A stretch of DNA of 64,000 bases from an uncultured Candidatus Micrarchaeota archaeon (GTDB taxonomy: Archaea > Micrarchaeota > Micrarchaeia > Micrarchaeales > Micrarchaeaceae): the NCBI GenBank assembly GCA_963741095.1, contig CAVUGN010000001.1, positions 64,001 to 128,000 on the forward strand, given 5' to 3'. Every line of letters begins with the position of its first letter. The stretch's first letter is position 1. Shown piece after piece: positions 45,465 to 54,410 of this stretch. The notes below the pieces were generated by a model that was not told where the DNA came from, did not search any database, and saw nothing but the letters and a program-made list of their open reading frames with translations. The translations under genes were made by a program, and so were the position numbers.

Positions 45465-46285
45465 CTATTGAACAGGAGGTTTATCAGGTACATGACCGCA
45501 TACGCTGGCTCGTAGATTATCGGAAATGCCGGGGTGCCCTCGCCTATCGCGGCATAGTCGTTGGGTATGCTCGCCTTCACCGTGAGGGTTATGTTGCTCT
45601 GCTGCGATATGCGGGAGCTTGCCACGGAGCTGACGCGCAGCACCGTGTGATAGACGTTTGGCTCCTGGGCGTATATCGAGTAGATGTAGGTCTGCGCGGT
45701 GTGGTGCAGCGCTATGACCGTTGAGTTGGAGTCCCAGGCCGGCAGGCCCTGCATGCCGATCACGAACGGGCTGTCGGAAACTCCGGTGTTGTTTATGTGC
45801 ACGTACACCTTCGCAGGCTGGCCTATGCCAGAGCTTATGTCCGTGGGCGTTACGCTGAGCTTGAAGACGTCGGGAGTTACGTTCACGTAGATGTGGAAGG
45901 TTAGGTTCCCGACTTTTGAGTAGTTGCCGACATTGACCGCGGTGAGGTTGATCCGGTACATCCCGTCGATTGCGCCGGGTGCCACAGTCAGCTTGACTGT
46001 CGGGTATTGGTTGTAGAGCGAGGAGTTCTGCGCTATCCAGCCCCCGGGCACGTAGGAGGCGACAAGCTTGTTCCATCCCTGGTTGAGCAGGTAGCCTGTT
46101 GAATTCGTGGTCGCGGAGGAGATCGTGATGTAGAAGGTCTGGCCCGGACCGGCCTTGCCTATGAACACGCTGCTGTTGTTCTGCACAGTCACGTTGTAGG
46201 GCTCCACTATGTTGACATAGGCTGCGCTAGACAGCGTCATCAGTACCAGCAGGATCAAAGGCGCAAAGTAAACGGTTCTTACCAC
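45461..46285 (-). CDS. Secreted/membrane-anchored beta-rich hypothetical protein
   Basis: Signal peptide, N-x-S/T sites, hydrophobic C-terminus. Confidence 0.7.
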   Translation of the reverse strand: MVRTVYFAPLILLVLMTLSSAAYVNIVEPYNVTVQNNSSVFIGKAGPGQTFYITISSATTNSTGYLLNQGWNKLVASYVPGGWIAQNSSLYNQYPTVKLTVAPGAIDGMYRINLTAVNVGNYSKVGNLTFHIYVNVTPDVFKLSVTPTDISSGIGQPAKVYVHINNTGVSDSPFVIGMQGLPAWDSNSTVIALHHTAQTYIYSIYAQEPNVYHTVLRVSSVASSRISQQSNITLTVKASIPNDYAAIGEGTPAFPIIYEPAYAVMYLINLLFNR

Positions 46286-46371
46286 ACAATCACTTCACTA
46301 TAGTTTCAAAGCATACATTAATTTAGTTTTTGTTGGGCGGCCTTGGGGCCCTTCTGCCCGCACTTGTGCGT

Positions 46372-46929
46372 TCAGCTGAACTTGGCGGAGAATTGTATGA
46401 TCCGCTGTATCGTGTTCGTGGTGCTTGGCAGGTTGGAGTAGGTGTAATTCAGCCAGAGGTAGCCGGTCATCGTGGTGCCCGGAGAGCCCTTGGCATAGCC
46501 GTTGGCGCCGAAGCAGTTTGCCGAGAATGCGACCTGGCTGCTGGAGTACAGCGTGAGGGGCGTCTGCAGGTTGCTGTTGACAGGATAGAACTGCGGAGCC
46601 GCGGTGTATTTGACGAGATTGATGTTGCCGTACTGCGGCCAGTCGCCTATGGCGTTGACCGAAGCCGAACAGGCTGCGGCGTTTATTATTATGGTGCCGC
46701 CGGTCGCCTGCGAGAGCAGCACGGTGAACGAGCCGGTCCTGTTGAGCGCGAAGGCGACGCACGAGAACGACGGAGCGGCGTTGCAGTAGGTTGGCGCGAG
46801 GGCCTGGTTCGCGAACATGAAGTGGAATATCACGTAGGAGATTATCGCGAGCACTATGAACACAAGCCCGTACGCGGACATGAAATCCAGGGCCGCCTGG
46901 GCTTTCATGGGTTTTGTCTTCGCACTCAT
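46372..46929 (-). CDS. Type IV pilin-like protein (class III signal peptide)
   Basis: KAQAALDFMSAYG followed by a hydrophobic helix; paired Cys. Confidence 0.8.
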   Translation of the reverse strand: MSAKTKPMKAQAALDFMSAYGLVFIVLAIISYVIFHFMFANQALAPTYCNAAPSFSCVAFALNRTGSFTVLLSQATGGTIIINAAACSASVNAIGDWPQYGNINLVKYTAAPQFYPVNSNLQTPLTLYSSSQVAFSANCFGANGYAKGSPGTTMTGYLWLNYTYSNLPSTTNTIQRIIQFSAKFS

Positions 46930-46941
46930 GGAATTCCTCGA

Positions 46942-48144
46942 TCACTCTTCTTCCGCTCCGGACTTGCCGATCTGGAGCTTGACTCCGCTGGGATCCCGCG
47001 TTATCTTCACGTCGAGCTCGTCGCTGCCGAAGAGCTTGCGCAGCTCGTCGTAGGTGTATGAGCCCAGGTCCCTTGCCACGTCGCCCTTGCTCTTGAGTAT
47101 CTCCTTCCTGCGCTCGGCTATCTTCTCCTTGTCGACGCGCTCGAACGACAGTGACAGCCGCGGCACCTCGTTCGATTCGAAGAGGTTGTCTATGTTGAGG
47201 TCTATGAACTTGTAGCCCTCGTCCTGCAGTATGAACGGGAGCACCGCGTTGAATTCCTGCTTCACCTCCTCGACCGCCGCCTCGACGCGCTCCTTGGAGC
47301 CGGCGAGCACGAAGACGTCGCTGTTCAGGAAGCCCGCGAAGGCGCGCTCCTCCTTGTCCTTCGACAGTATGTCCTGCAGCAGCTGCGAGACTAGCCTGAG
47401 TATGACGACTCCGGATTTCCCGCCGAAGCGCTTCACGTAGTCGCCCAGGTGCTCTATCTTCAGCGTGCCTATGAAATATTCGGATCCCGCCTTTATGGAG
47501 TGCTCCACCTCCTTGGATATGCGCTCCTCGTCAGGCAGGTCTATGAGCGGGTCGAACTTCTTGCCCTTCTTCTTCAGGAATATTGTGACAAGGCTCCTCA
47601 GCTCCTTGGGATCGAACGGCTTCTTTATGTAATAGTCTGCGCCGTACTTCAGGCCCTTGAACCTGTTGCTCGTCGGGTCCATTGCGCTTATAAGTATGAC
47701 CGTGGTGTTGCTCGTGTCAGGATCGCCCTTTATGGTCTGGCAGATGTCCAGGCCATCCTTGTTGGGCAGCATCAGGTCGAGTATGACCAGATTCGGCCTG
47801 TTGCTCCTTATGAATTTTATCGCCTCGCCGCCGTCGTACAGCTGGTTTATCTCGAACTCCTTCCCTATCGAGAGCGCCATGAGCTTGTTTATGTTCTTGT
47901 CGTCCTCTACGATCAGCACCTTCCTCAACGGGTTCTGCTGCAGCAGGTAGTACATCATCACGCCCCCGGCGCTCCTTGATGCGATCAGCTGCTTCTCTTC
48001 CAGCACCAGGAGGCTGTCCCTGAGCTTGCGCTCGGATATGCCCCGGTTGAACGCGACGTCGCCCAGCTCGTTGTAGGAGATCTGCTGCCGCTCGTTTATT
48101 ATGCTCAGAATGTCGTCAATTTCGCTGCCGTTCTGTGAAGCCAT
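46942..48144 (-). CDS. Response regulator: N-terminal wHTH, REC, degenerate GGDEF-like domain
   Basis: LIVEDD, LVILDLMLP..DG, KKPF; DPLIDLPD...FAGFLNSDVF. Confidence 0.85.
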   Translation of the reverse strand: MASQNGSEIDDILSIINERQQISYNELGDVAFNRGISERKLRDSLLVLEEKQLIASRSAGGVMMYYLLQQNPLRKVLIVEDDKNINKLMALSIGKEFEINQLYDGGEAIKFIRSNRPNLVILDLMLPNKDGLDICQTIKGDPDTSNTTVILISAMDPTSNRFKGLKYGADYYIKKPFDPKELRSLVTIFLKKKGKKFDPLIDLPDEERISKEVEHSIKAGSEYFIGTLKIEHLGDYVKRFGGKSGVVILRLVSQLLQDILSKDKEERAFAGFLNSDVFVLAGSKERVEAAVEEVKQEFNAVLPFILQDEGYKFIDLNIDNLFESNEVPRLSLSFERVDKEKIAERRKEILKSKGDVARDLGSYTYDELRKLFGSDELDVKITRDPSGVKLQIGKSGAEEE

Positions 48145-48291
48145 CCAATCGCCTATAGGGTATCAACAAAAAGTAATATTAGGCTTTTGATGTTTCGGTT
48201 GTAGTCGGAAGGTCCTGCGCTCCGATTGAAGGCGCTCGCACGCATTAGCCAACGTATTTAAAGTCTTTTTGACCAATAACTACGTTTTTAC

Positions 48292-49290
48292 ATGGCGGAA
48301 CCCAGCAGAGACCCGGCAAGATCCAGCAGGCGTGGACATGGCATGAACAAGACGGCCATCGGGGCGCTTGTGGTGGTCGTGATAGCGATCGTTTGGGCAT
48401 ATTTTGCATTGTCGAATGGCGCCGTGGGCATCAGCGCTGCCAGCGTGGAAACCCTTACCCCCGCACCGAGCTATTTCAGCATGGGTTCGGGCACATACTC
48501 CTTTTCGGTCGCACAGACGGGAAACAGCATGGCCTACGTTTATGTCGACAAGCTTCCGGTGTTCATGAACCAGCCGATGGAGGTCATGGTCGAGGAGAAC
48601 AACATGACAAGGATAAACGCCGACTCTGGCAGCTTTGCAAACATGGGGATAACGCTTCAATCCGTGAACGGCAACAGCGTGAAGGTGGAGATAACACCGT
48701 TGGAGGCGAGCCTTGGGCTTGCGCCGGACACGGCCAGGATAAGCACTGTGAACAACATGCTGCTCGCCAACGGCAGGAAGAACGTTACGACGAGCATCAC
48801 CACAACGGCCACCACGACCGTTGCGTCAACCACCACGGTCTCGCAGATCAACACCACGAGCGCGAACATAATGGCTGCGCTCAAGAAGAACAAGTCCTAC
48901 GCAGTGATGCAGAACTACACCGTCCTGTACGCAAATTCGGCAAACTGCACGCAGAGCAAATACAACAGCGCGTACCTGAAATACTACGGTGTCATGCCAA
49001 CCGGGCCGGAGGACTACCTGAACGTCAGCACGTTCCCGCTGCCTTATGGCTTCTACACGAAAACGACGAACATTGGCAGGGGCAACTATTCGTTCGTTTA
49101 CAAGTCCGAATCGACGGATTCCGATTACAACAACAGTCCTGCAGTGACCATACTGATAAACGTATCGGGCTCCAGCGCGTACAACGTGACTTTCGGGGGC
49201 ATATTCGAAGGCCAGACTTATCTTGGAATACTCGATGGTTACAATAAAGCTGCGGGCATAGGCGGCCCATGCGCGGCAGTCGTGCCGTAA
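48292..49290 (+). CDS. Membrane-anchored extracellular hypothetical protein
   Basis: N-terminal TM helix, T-rich linker, N-glycosylation sites. Confidence 0.7.
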   Translation: MAEPSRDPARSSRRGHGMNKTAIGALVVVVIAIVWAYFALSNGAVGISAASVETLTPAPSYFSMGSGTYSFSVAQTGNSMAYVYVDKLPVFMNQPMEVMVEENNMTRINADSGSFANMGITLQSVNGNSVKVEITPLEASLGLAPDTARISTVNNMLLANGRKNVTTSITTTATTTVASTTTVSQINTTSANIMAALKKNKSYAVMQNYTVLYANSANCTQSKYNSAYLKYYGVMPTGPEDYLNVSTFPLPYGFYTKTTNIGRGNYSFVYKSESTDSDYNNSPAVTILINVSGSSAYNVTFGGIFEGQTYLGILDGYNKAAGIGGPCAAVVP

Positions 49291-49294
49291 CTGG

Positions 49295-51541
49295 TTATTG
49301 CGCGTCCTTGTGCACTGCCGGCTGCGCCGATGCCGGCTTCTTCTTCGGCTTCGGGTTTATCGGCAGCGTGAACCAGAACTTGCTGCCCTTTCCTGGCTCC
49401 GACACAAAGTCGATCTTGCCGCCGTGCAGCGTTATTATGTCCTTGGTTATTGACAGCCCCAGGCCGGTGCCCGCCTGCTCCTGCTTGACCAGCTCCTTCT
49501 TCGGGGCCTGGTAGAACTTCTTGAAGAGTTGCCTCTGGTCCTCGGGGTTTATGCCTATTCCAGTGTCGATGATGCTGCACTTCACGGACTTCTTGCTCTT
49601 TCTTTCTATCTCAACGGTTATGCCGCCGGTCTCGGTGAACTTCACCGCGTTTCCTATCAGGTTCACGAAGACCTGTATGAGCCGGTTTATGTCCGCGGTT
49701 ATCTCGGGCACGTCGAACTTCGCGTTCCATGCGAAGGTCAGCCCCTTTGCCTCGGCGGATTCCTTGAGCGCCTTTATGCTCGGGTTGCCGCCCAGCTCCT
49801 TGAGGTCGACGCCCTCCTTCAGCTCGAGCTTCACCTTGTCGGAGTCGAGCTTCGCCGCCTCGAGCACCTGCTGTATTATCTGCGTGAGCCGCTTCACTTC
49901 TTCTATTATTGTGAAGACGTAGTCCTTCTGCTCGGCGTTAAGCACACCGGGGCCGCCGTCGTACAGCAGTATGGAATAGCCGTTTATGTTAGTGAGCGGC
50001 GTCTTCAGCTCGTGGGTTATGTTGTAGATGAACTGGGACTTGAGGTCGCTTGTGGACTTGAGCCTGCTCACTTTGTTGAGCAGTTCCTTTATATCAGATT
50101 CCTGCTCGTTGATCCTCCTTCTCGTGGCCAATTCCTTCGTAACTATTATGTAGCTGGAATTCCCGTCTATGTCCTTGAAGGCGCGCATCGAGTGCGTCGC
50201 AGGCACCTTCGAGCCGTCCTTTGCGAACAGGTCTATGTAGGAGTTGTCCACCTTATTGCCCTTTCTCACGTAGGACATGTCGCGGTCGAGTATGGACGGG
50301 TCGGCATAGAGGTTTCTTATGTCCTTGCCGGCGAGCTGGTCCCGCGCATAGCCCAGCACGGGCTCCACAGGCATGTTCGAACTTTTTATAAGTCCTGTTG
50401 CGTCAACCACCATGACTATGTCCGAGGTGTTGTCTATGAAATCGGTAAGAGTGGACTGCATGTTGGCCACGTACTGCTCGGCTCGCGCGTTCGCGAACAG
50501 CAGCACGTACCCGTTCGTCAGCTTCGACGCGACATAGCGTATCAGCACCGGGGCGGAATCGGCGCTCATCAGGTTCATCGAACCTGAGAGGCTTCGCGTT
50601 CCCTTGGACAGCTTCTCCTTTAGCTCGACCCTTTCGTTCAGGGGCACCATGTCGGTTATGAGCTTCCCGACGACCAGGTCGCTCTGGTATCCCATGACCT
50701 TCTCTATGCTGTTGGTGACGTCGGTGACCGTCAGGTTGTCGTCGAGGTACATTATCCCGGCGTATGCAGACTCGCCCATCAGCGAGAGGATCTTCTTGAA
50801 CTTCTCGAGCTCGGTCACGTTCTGCACCGAGACGTGCATCAGCCGCTCGTTGACCGGCCTTGAGGCCAGCGCGTAAACGCGCATGGCGTTGTTCAGGTTG
50901 AGCTCCACCCTCGCGCTGCCCGAAGCGAGCTGCTTGACGTCGAGGTTGAGTATCTTGCCGATCTCGCTGTTCTGCACATCGTAGCCGAACTCGTTGATGG
51001 CGCTCTTGTTCGCCTTGACTATTGAGCCTGTGTTCGACACAAGCAATTGCGGTGTAACGCTGCTGAAGGCGCCGTCGAAATAGCTCGCCAGCCTCGCGCT
51101 CTTGCTGCTCTCGTACTTGTACATCAGCGCGAAGCCCATGAACGAGGCTCCGAACGAGATGCTGCTCATCAGGTCCTCGGTGAACTTGTTCTCCGCGTTG
51201 GAGAGCAGCTCCATCACCGACACGACCCTGCCGCCAGTCATGACCGGCATGATGGCGCAGCTCTTGTAGCCCCTGTTCTTGTAGCCTATGAATTCGGGAA
51301 ACGAAGAGAAATCGCTCAGCTGGTTGTCGATGTAACTTTTTCGGGTGTTGAGCACGTAGTCGAGCAGCGCGCTGCTCTTGTAGTCGCCGCTGTAGATGTT
51401 GGTCATGCTGACCTTGTCCAGGCCGAAGTACTCCGAGATTATCTTGGTGAACTGCCTCGTCAGCTCTTCCTCGCTCACCGCGCTGTTGGTGATGGGTATG
51501 AGGTCGAGGAGCAGTTTGCTGACAACCATTTCGTGTACCAT
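49295..51541 (-). CDS. GAF/PAS sensor histidine kinase (cytoplasmic)
   Basis: THELKTPL H-box, NLIGNAVKFT, DTGIGI, GTGLGLSI; several PAS-like segments. Confidence 0.93.
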   Translation of the reverse strand: MVHEMVVSKLLLDLIPITNSAVSEEELTRQFTKIISEYFGLDKVSMTNIYSGDYKSSALLDYVLNTRKSYIDNQLSDFSSFPEFIGYKNRGYKSCAIMPVMTGGRVVSVMELLSNAENKFTEDLMSSISFGASFMGFALMYKYESSKSARLASYFDGAFSSVTPQLLVSNTGSIVKANKSAINEFGYDVQNSEIGKILNLDVKQLASGSARVELNLNNAMRVYALASRPVNERLMHVSVQNVTELEKFKKILSLMGESAYAGIMYLDDNLTVTDVTNSIEKVMGYQSDLVVGKLITDMVPLNERVELKEKLSKGTRSLSGSMNLMSADSAPVLIRYVASKLTNGYVLLFANARAEQYVANMQSTLTDFIDNTSDIVMVVDATGLIKSSNMPVEPVLGYARDQLAGKDIRNLYADPSILDRDMSYVRKGNKVDNSYIDLFAKDGSKVPATHSMRAFKDIDGNSSYIIVTKELATRRRINEQESDIKELLNKVSRLKSTSDLKSQFIYNITHELKTPLTNINGYSILLYDGGPGVLNAEQKDYVFTIIEEVKRLTQIIQQVLEAAKLDSDKVKLELKEGVDLKELGGNPSIKALKESAEAKGLTFAWNAKFDVPEITADINRLIQVFVNLIGNAVKFTETGGITVEIERKSKKSVKCSIIDTGIGINPEDQRQLFKKFYQAPKKELVKQEQAGTGLGLSITKDIITLHGGKIDFVSEPGKGSKFWFTLPINPKPKKKPASAQPAVHKDAQ

Positions 51542-51662
51542 ATCAACATACCCTTCCAGACGAGTGCAGCCATTCAATCAGCTACACGAATGTAGAATTT
51601 TAGTAGTCATTTAGCAGAGAACTTATTTAAGACTATTTTGTGAGTTCCTATCGGGTGGCAGT

Positions 51663-52061
51663 ATGCGCGACATAAGAGGCTTGGTCGCGAGAGCCCTGAG
51701 GGACATGGAGCTCGCGAAGAGGTACAGACAGAGGAAGGAATACGCGGCGACCACATTGCTCTACAACAAGGCGATAGAGAGAGTGCTCAAGGCCCTGTTC
51801 ATAAGCAAGAAGAGGAAGAACCCGCCACTGGGAGCGTCTGCGGTGTTCCTGGCGTCCAACATCAAGATGCCCGAAGAGATAATGAGCGGGCTGGCGGCGC
51901 TGCAGGAGGCCGACGACGAGGTCTTGTGGAGCGGAAATGAGGCGGCCATAATGACCTACGAGCGGATAGGCAAGAGCATGAAGGCGGAGCACAAGCTCAT
52001 CCAGATGGACGAGCTCGCCACGAGGCTCATCGACTCCGCGATGGGGCGCGCCAAGGCATGA
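51663..52061 (+). CDS. HEPN-domain protein
   Basis: RALRDMELAK...KAIERVLKALFI pattern. Confidence 0.7.
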   Translation: MRDIRGLVARALRDMELAKRYRQRKEYAATTLLYNKAIERVLKALFISKKRKNPPLGASAVFLASNIKMPEEIMSGLAALQEADDEVLWSGNEAAIMTYERIGKSMKAEHKLIQMDELATRLIDSAMGRAKA

Positions 52062-52126
52062 ATGCGGGATGGGAGGCCGCACGGATAGGATTTATAGTCT
52101 TCACAGCCCCAATAGTGGTGGATCCA

Positions 52127-52786
52127 ATGGCATTGAGGCAGCTTTTTCCGGGCGTTTATCTCATAGACGGCAAGATCGCAACTCTTAACCTCGCAAGAGG
52201 CTACAAGGTCTACGGCGAGGATCTCGTCGTGGTCGACAGGGAGGAGTACAGGCTGTGGAACCCGTACAGGAGCAAGCTCGCCGCGGCGATGAAGGTCGGG
52301 ATGAGGAACTTCAACATAAGATGGGGCGACCGCGTCCTGTATCTCGGCGCCGCCACGGGGACGACGGCCAGCCACGTGAGCGACATAGTCGGAAAGGACG
52401 GCAGGGTCTACGGCCTGGAGCTTTCGGAGCGGAACATGCGCGAATTCATAGGCGTCTGCGAGCACAGGAGCAACATGCTGCCGATACTCGCAGATGCAAG
52501 GTACACGGACAGCTACAGCGGAACTGTCGATCTTTGCGATGTGATATACCAGGACGTTTCCGCAAGGGACCAGGCGCACATACTGTTGGAGAACAGCAGG
52601 TTCCTTAAGAAGGGCGGGCTTGCTTATTTCGTCATAAAGTCGCAGAGCGTCGACGTGTCGAAGAGGCCCGAAGAGGTTTATCGCAACGTGCTGGACAGGC
52701 TGAAGGGCAGTTTCTCGATTCTTGAGCGCATGAGCCTTGAGCCCTACGACAGCCTGCACCTGTTCACGGTGCTCAGGAAGATTTAG
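52127..52786 (+). CDS. flpA: Fibrillarin-like rRNA/tRNA 2'-O-methyltransferase
   Basis: YRLWNPYRSKLAA, VLYLGAATGTTASHVSD, YQDVS. Confidence 0.96.
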   Translation: MALRQLFPGVYLIDGKIATLNLARGYKVYGEDLVVVDREEYRLWNPYRSKLAAAMKVGMRNFNIRWGDRVLYLGAATGTTASHVSDIVGKDGRVYGLELSERNMREFIGVCEHRSNMLPILADARYTDSYSGTVDLCDVIYQDVSARDQAHILLENSRFLKKGGLAYFVIKSQSVDVSKRPEEVYRNVLDRLKGSFSILERMSLEPYDSLHLFTVLRKI

Positions 52787-52802
52787 CTTTGGTGGTGGAT
52801 CC

Positions 52803-53627
52803 ATGGATGCCGGAAAATGCATGAAGCTGCTAAGAGACATAGAGAAATCCGGAACGAAACTCATCTGCACCTACTGCGGAGTCGAGACGCTGTCGGTGGG
52901 CAGCACGGGCATATGCTCCAACTGCGAGAATTTCATAGACACGGACAGGAAGTCGCTCATGGGCACCGACCCGGAGCGGGTGGACGACCTCGATGCCATA
53001 AGGAAAGGAATCGCGAACAGGGATTTCGAATCCGTGATATCGGTCTATGAAAAGATGAGGAGCGTCGACGAAGAGCCGTCGCTGATGTACGCCGAGGCAC
53101 TGGCGTGCATAGGCTACTCGAACTATGAGATATCACTCATAAGATACGACAGGAAGGGTTTCATGGAGGAGAACACGGCGCTCCGGAACAAGGGCTCCGA
53201 GATCGCTTCGAAAGCTAAACTGCTGATCACTAAGGCCATGCACCTCGCGACCGATGACATAGACAAGGGAAATGCATCCACGGGCACCATGTACACCCTC
53301 TTCCTGTTGCAGATAAAGCTTGGAGCGATGAAGGGGGCGGAGTACATGCTGCACGAGCTGAACAGGGTCGGAGGCTACATCCCGGAGTACACCAACATCG
53401 TCTTCAATGCGAACATGAGGAGGTATGAAGACATGATGAAGCACGTCGACATGATGGAGAGGGGCAACCAGCTCCCGCTGAATACGGTCTATTATGTCGC
53501 ATTGGCGCTGTTCAAAAGCGGGAATATTGCAGATTCTGGGGGGCTGCTGGTGGCGCTGCAGAAATTTATGTCCAGTCCCAATGTTGAATCGCTACTTGCA
53601 GAGATCGTGGGCACGCAGCAGGTATGA
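52803..53627 (+). CDS. Zn-ribbon + helical (TPR-like) hypothetical protein
   Basis: CTYCG...CSNC followed by helical repeats. Confidence 0.6.
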   Translation: MDAGKCMKLLRDIEKSGTKLICTYCGVETLSVGSTGICSNCENFIDTDRKSLMGTDPERVDDLDAIRKGIANRDFESVISVYEKMRSVDEEPSLMYAEALACIGYSNYEISLIRYDRKGFMEENTALRNKGSEIASKAKLLITKAMHLATDDIDKGNASTGTMYTLFLLQIKLGAMKGAEYMLHELNRVGGYIPEYTNIVFNANMRRYEDMMKHVDMMERGNQLPLNTVYYVALALFKSGNIADSGGLLVALQKFMSSPNVESLLAEIVGTQQV

Positions 53628-53633
53628 AAGGGC

Positions 53634-54389
53634 TCATCGCATTGATCTGTAGGCTTTTAGCAGGGATCCGTTGTCTTCGTTCGCCCGCATCTTCGACGCG
53701 ACCTGCTCGTTGATCTGCTTTTTGCCGAACTTCTTCGAGCACAGAAGTATGTAATTCGCGAAGTGGATGTGGCTGATCCTGTAGACGTACTTGAACGACT
53801 TGCGCAGCTTGCGCATATACAGTGGAAGATAGAACACGTCCGGAGCAAAATTTATGGCGAGTATGCCGTCATCCTTGAGTGCGCCGTGGGCTGCACTGAT
53901 GAAGGTCTTGTCGAGGAACTGCTCGGGTATGTGCACGCCGCGGTCGTAGGCGTCCTGTATTATTATGTCGTACTTGCCTTTGCTCTTCTTGACAAAATCC
54001 GCGCCATCCTGGATTATTATGTTGAAATCGATTTTGCCTGGCGGCAGGAATTTCCTTGTTAGATCGACGTAGTCGCAGTTCACCTCGACCACGTCTATGG
54101 ACAGCTTGCCGGGGTATAGCTTCGACAGCTGGAATGGTATAGTTCCGGCACCGAGGCCGAGCATCAGTATCCTGGGCTTGGAGTACAGCGCCGGCAGCGG
54201 CAGGAAGTAATCGTGGTAGGAACCAAGGTAGAGGGACTTGCTGTCGAGCTCGGAGTATATGACGCCGTTGACCTTTAGGAAGCTTCGCTCTCCTTTCTTC
54301 GATATCGTGTATCTTGTCTTGCCCCGGTCAAGCCGGTAGATCTCCACCTCCGGGACAAAGAGGCCCTTGAGCGCGCTTATGATTCCCAC
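53634..54389 (-). CDS. Spermidine synthase-like SAM-dependent transferase
   Basis: ILMLGLGAG, VVEVN, DGADF, YDIIIQDAY. Confidence 0.8.
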   Translation of the reverse strand: MGIISALKGLFVPEVEIYRLDRGKTRYTISKKGERSFLKVNGVIYSELDSKSLYLGSYHDYFLPLPALYSKPRILMLGLGAGTIPFQLSKLYPGKLSIDVVEVNCDYVDLTRKFLPPGKIDFNIIIQDGADFVKKSKGKYDIIIQDAYDRGVHIPEQFLDKTFISAAHGALKDDGILAINFAPDVFYLPLYMRKLRKSFKYVYRISHIHFANYILLCSKKFGKKQINEQVASKMRANEDNGSLLKAYRSMR

Positions 54390-54410
54390 AGGATCAAGGA
54401 GTTATCTGTT

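Noticed and set aside
46942-47560. Active diguanylate cyclase
   Set aside because: The GG(D/E)EF signature is replaced by LNSDV.
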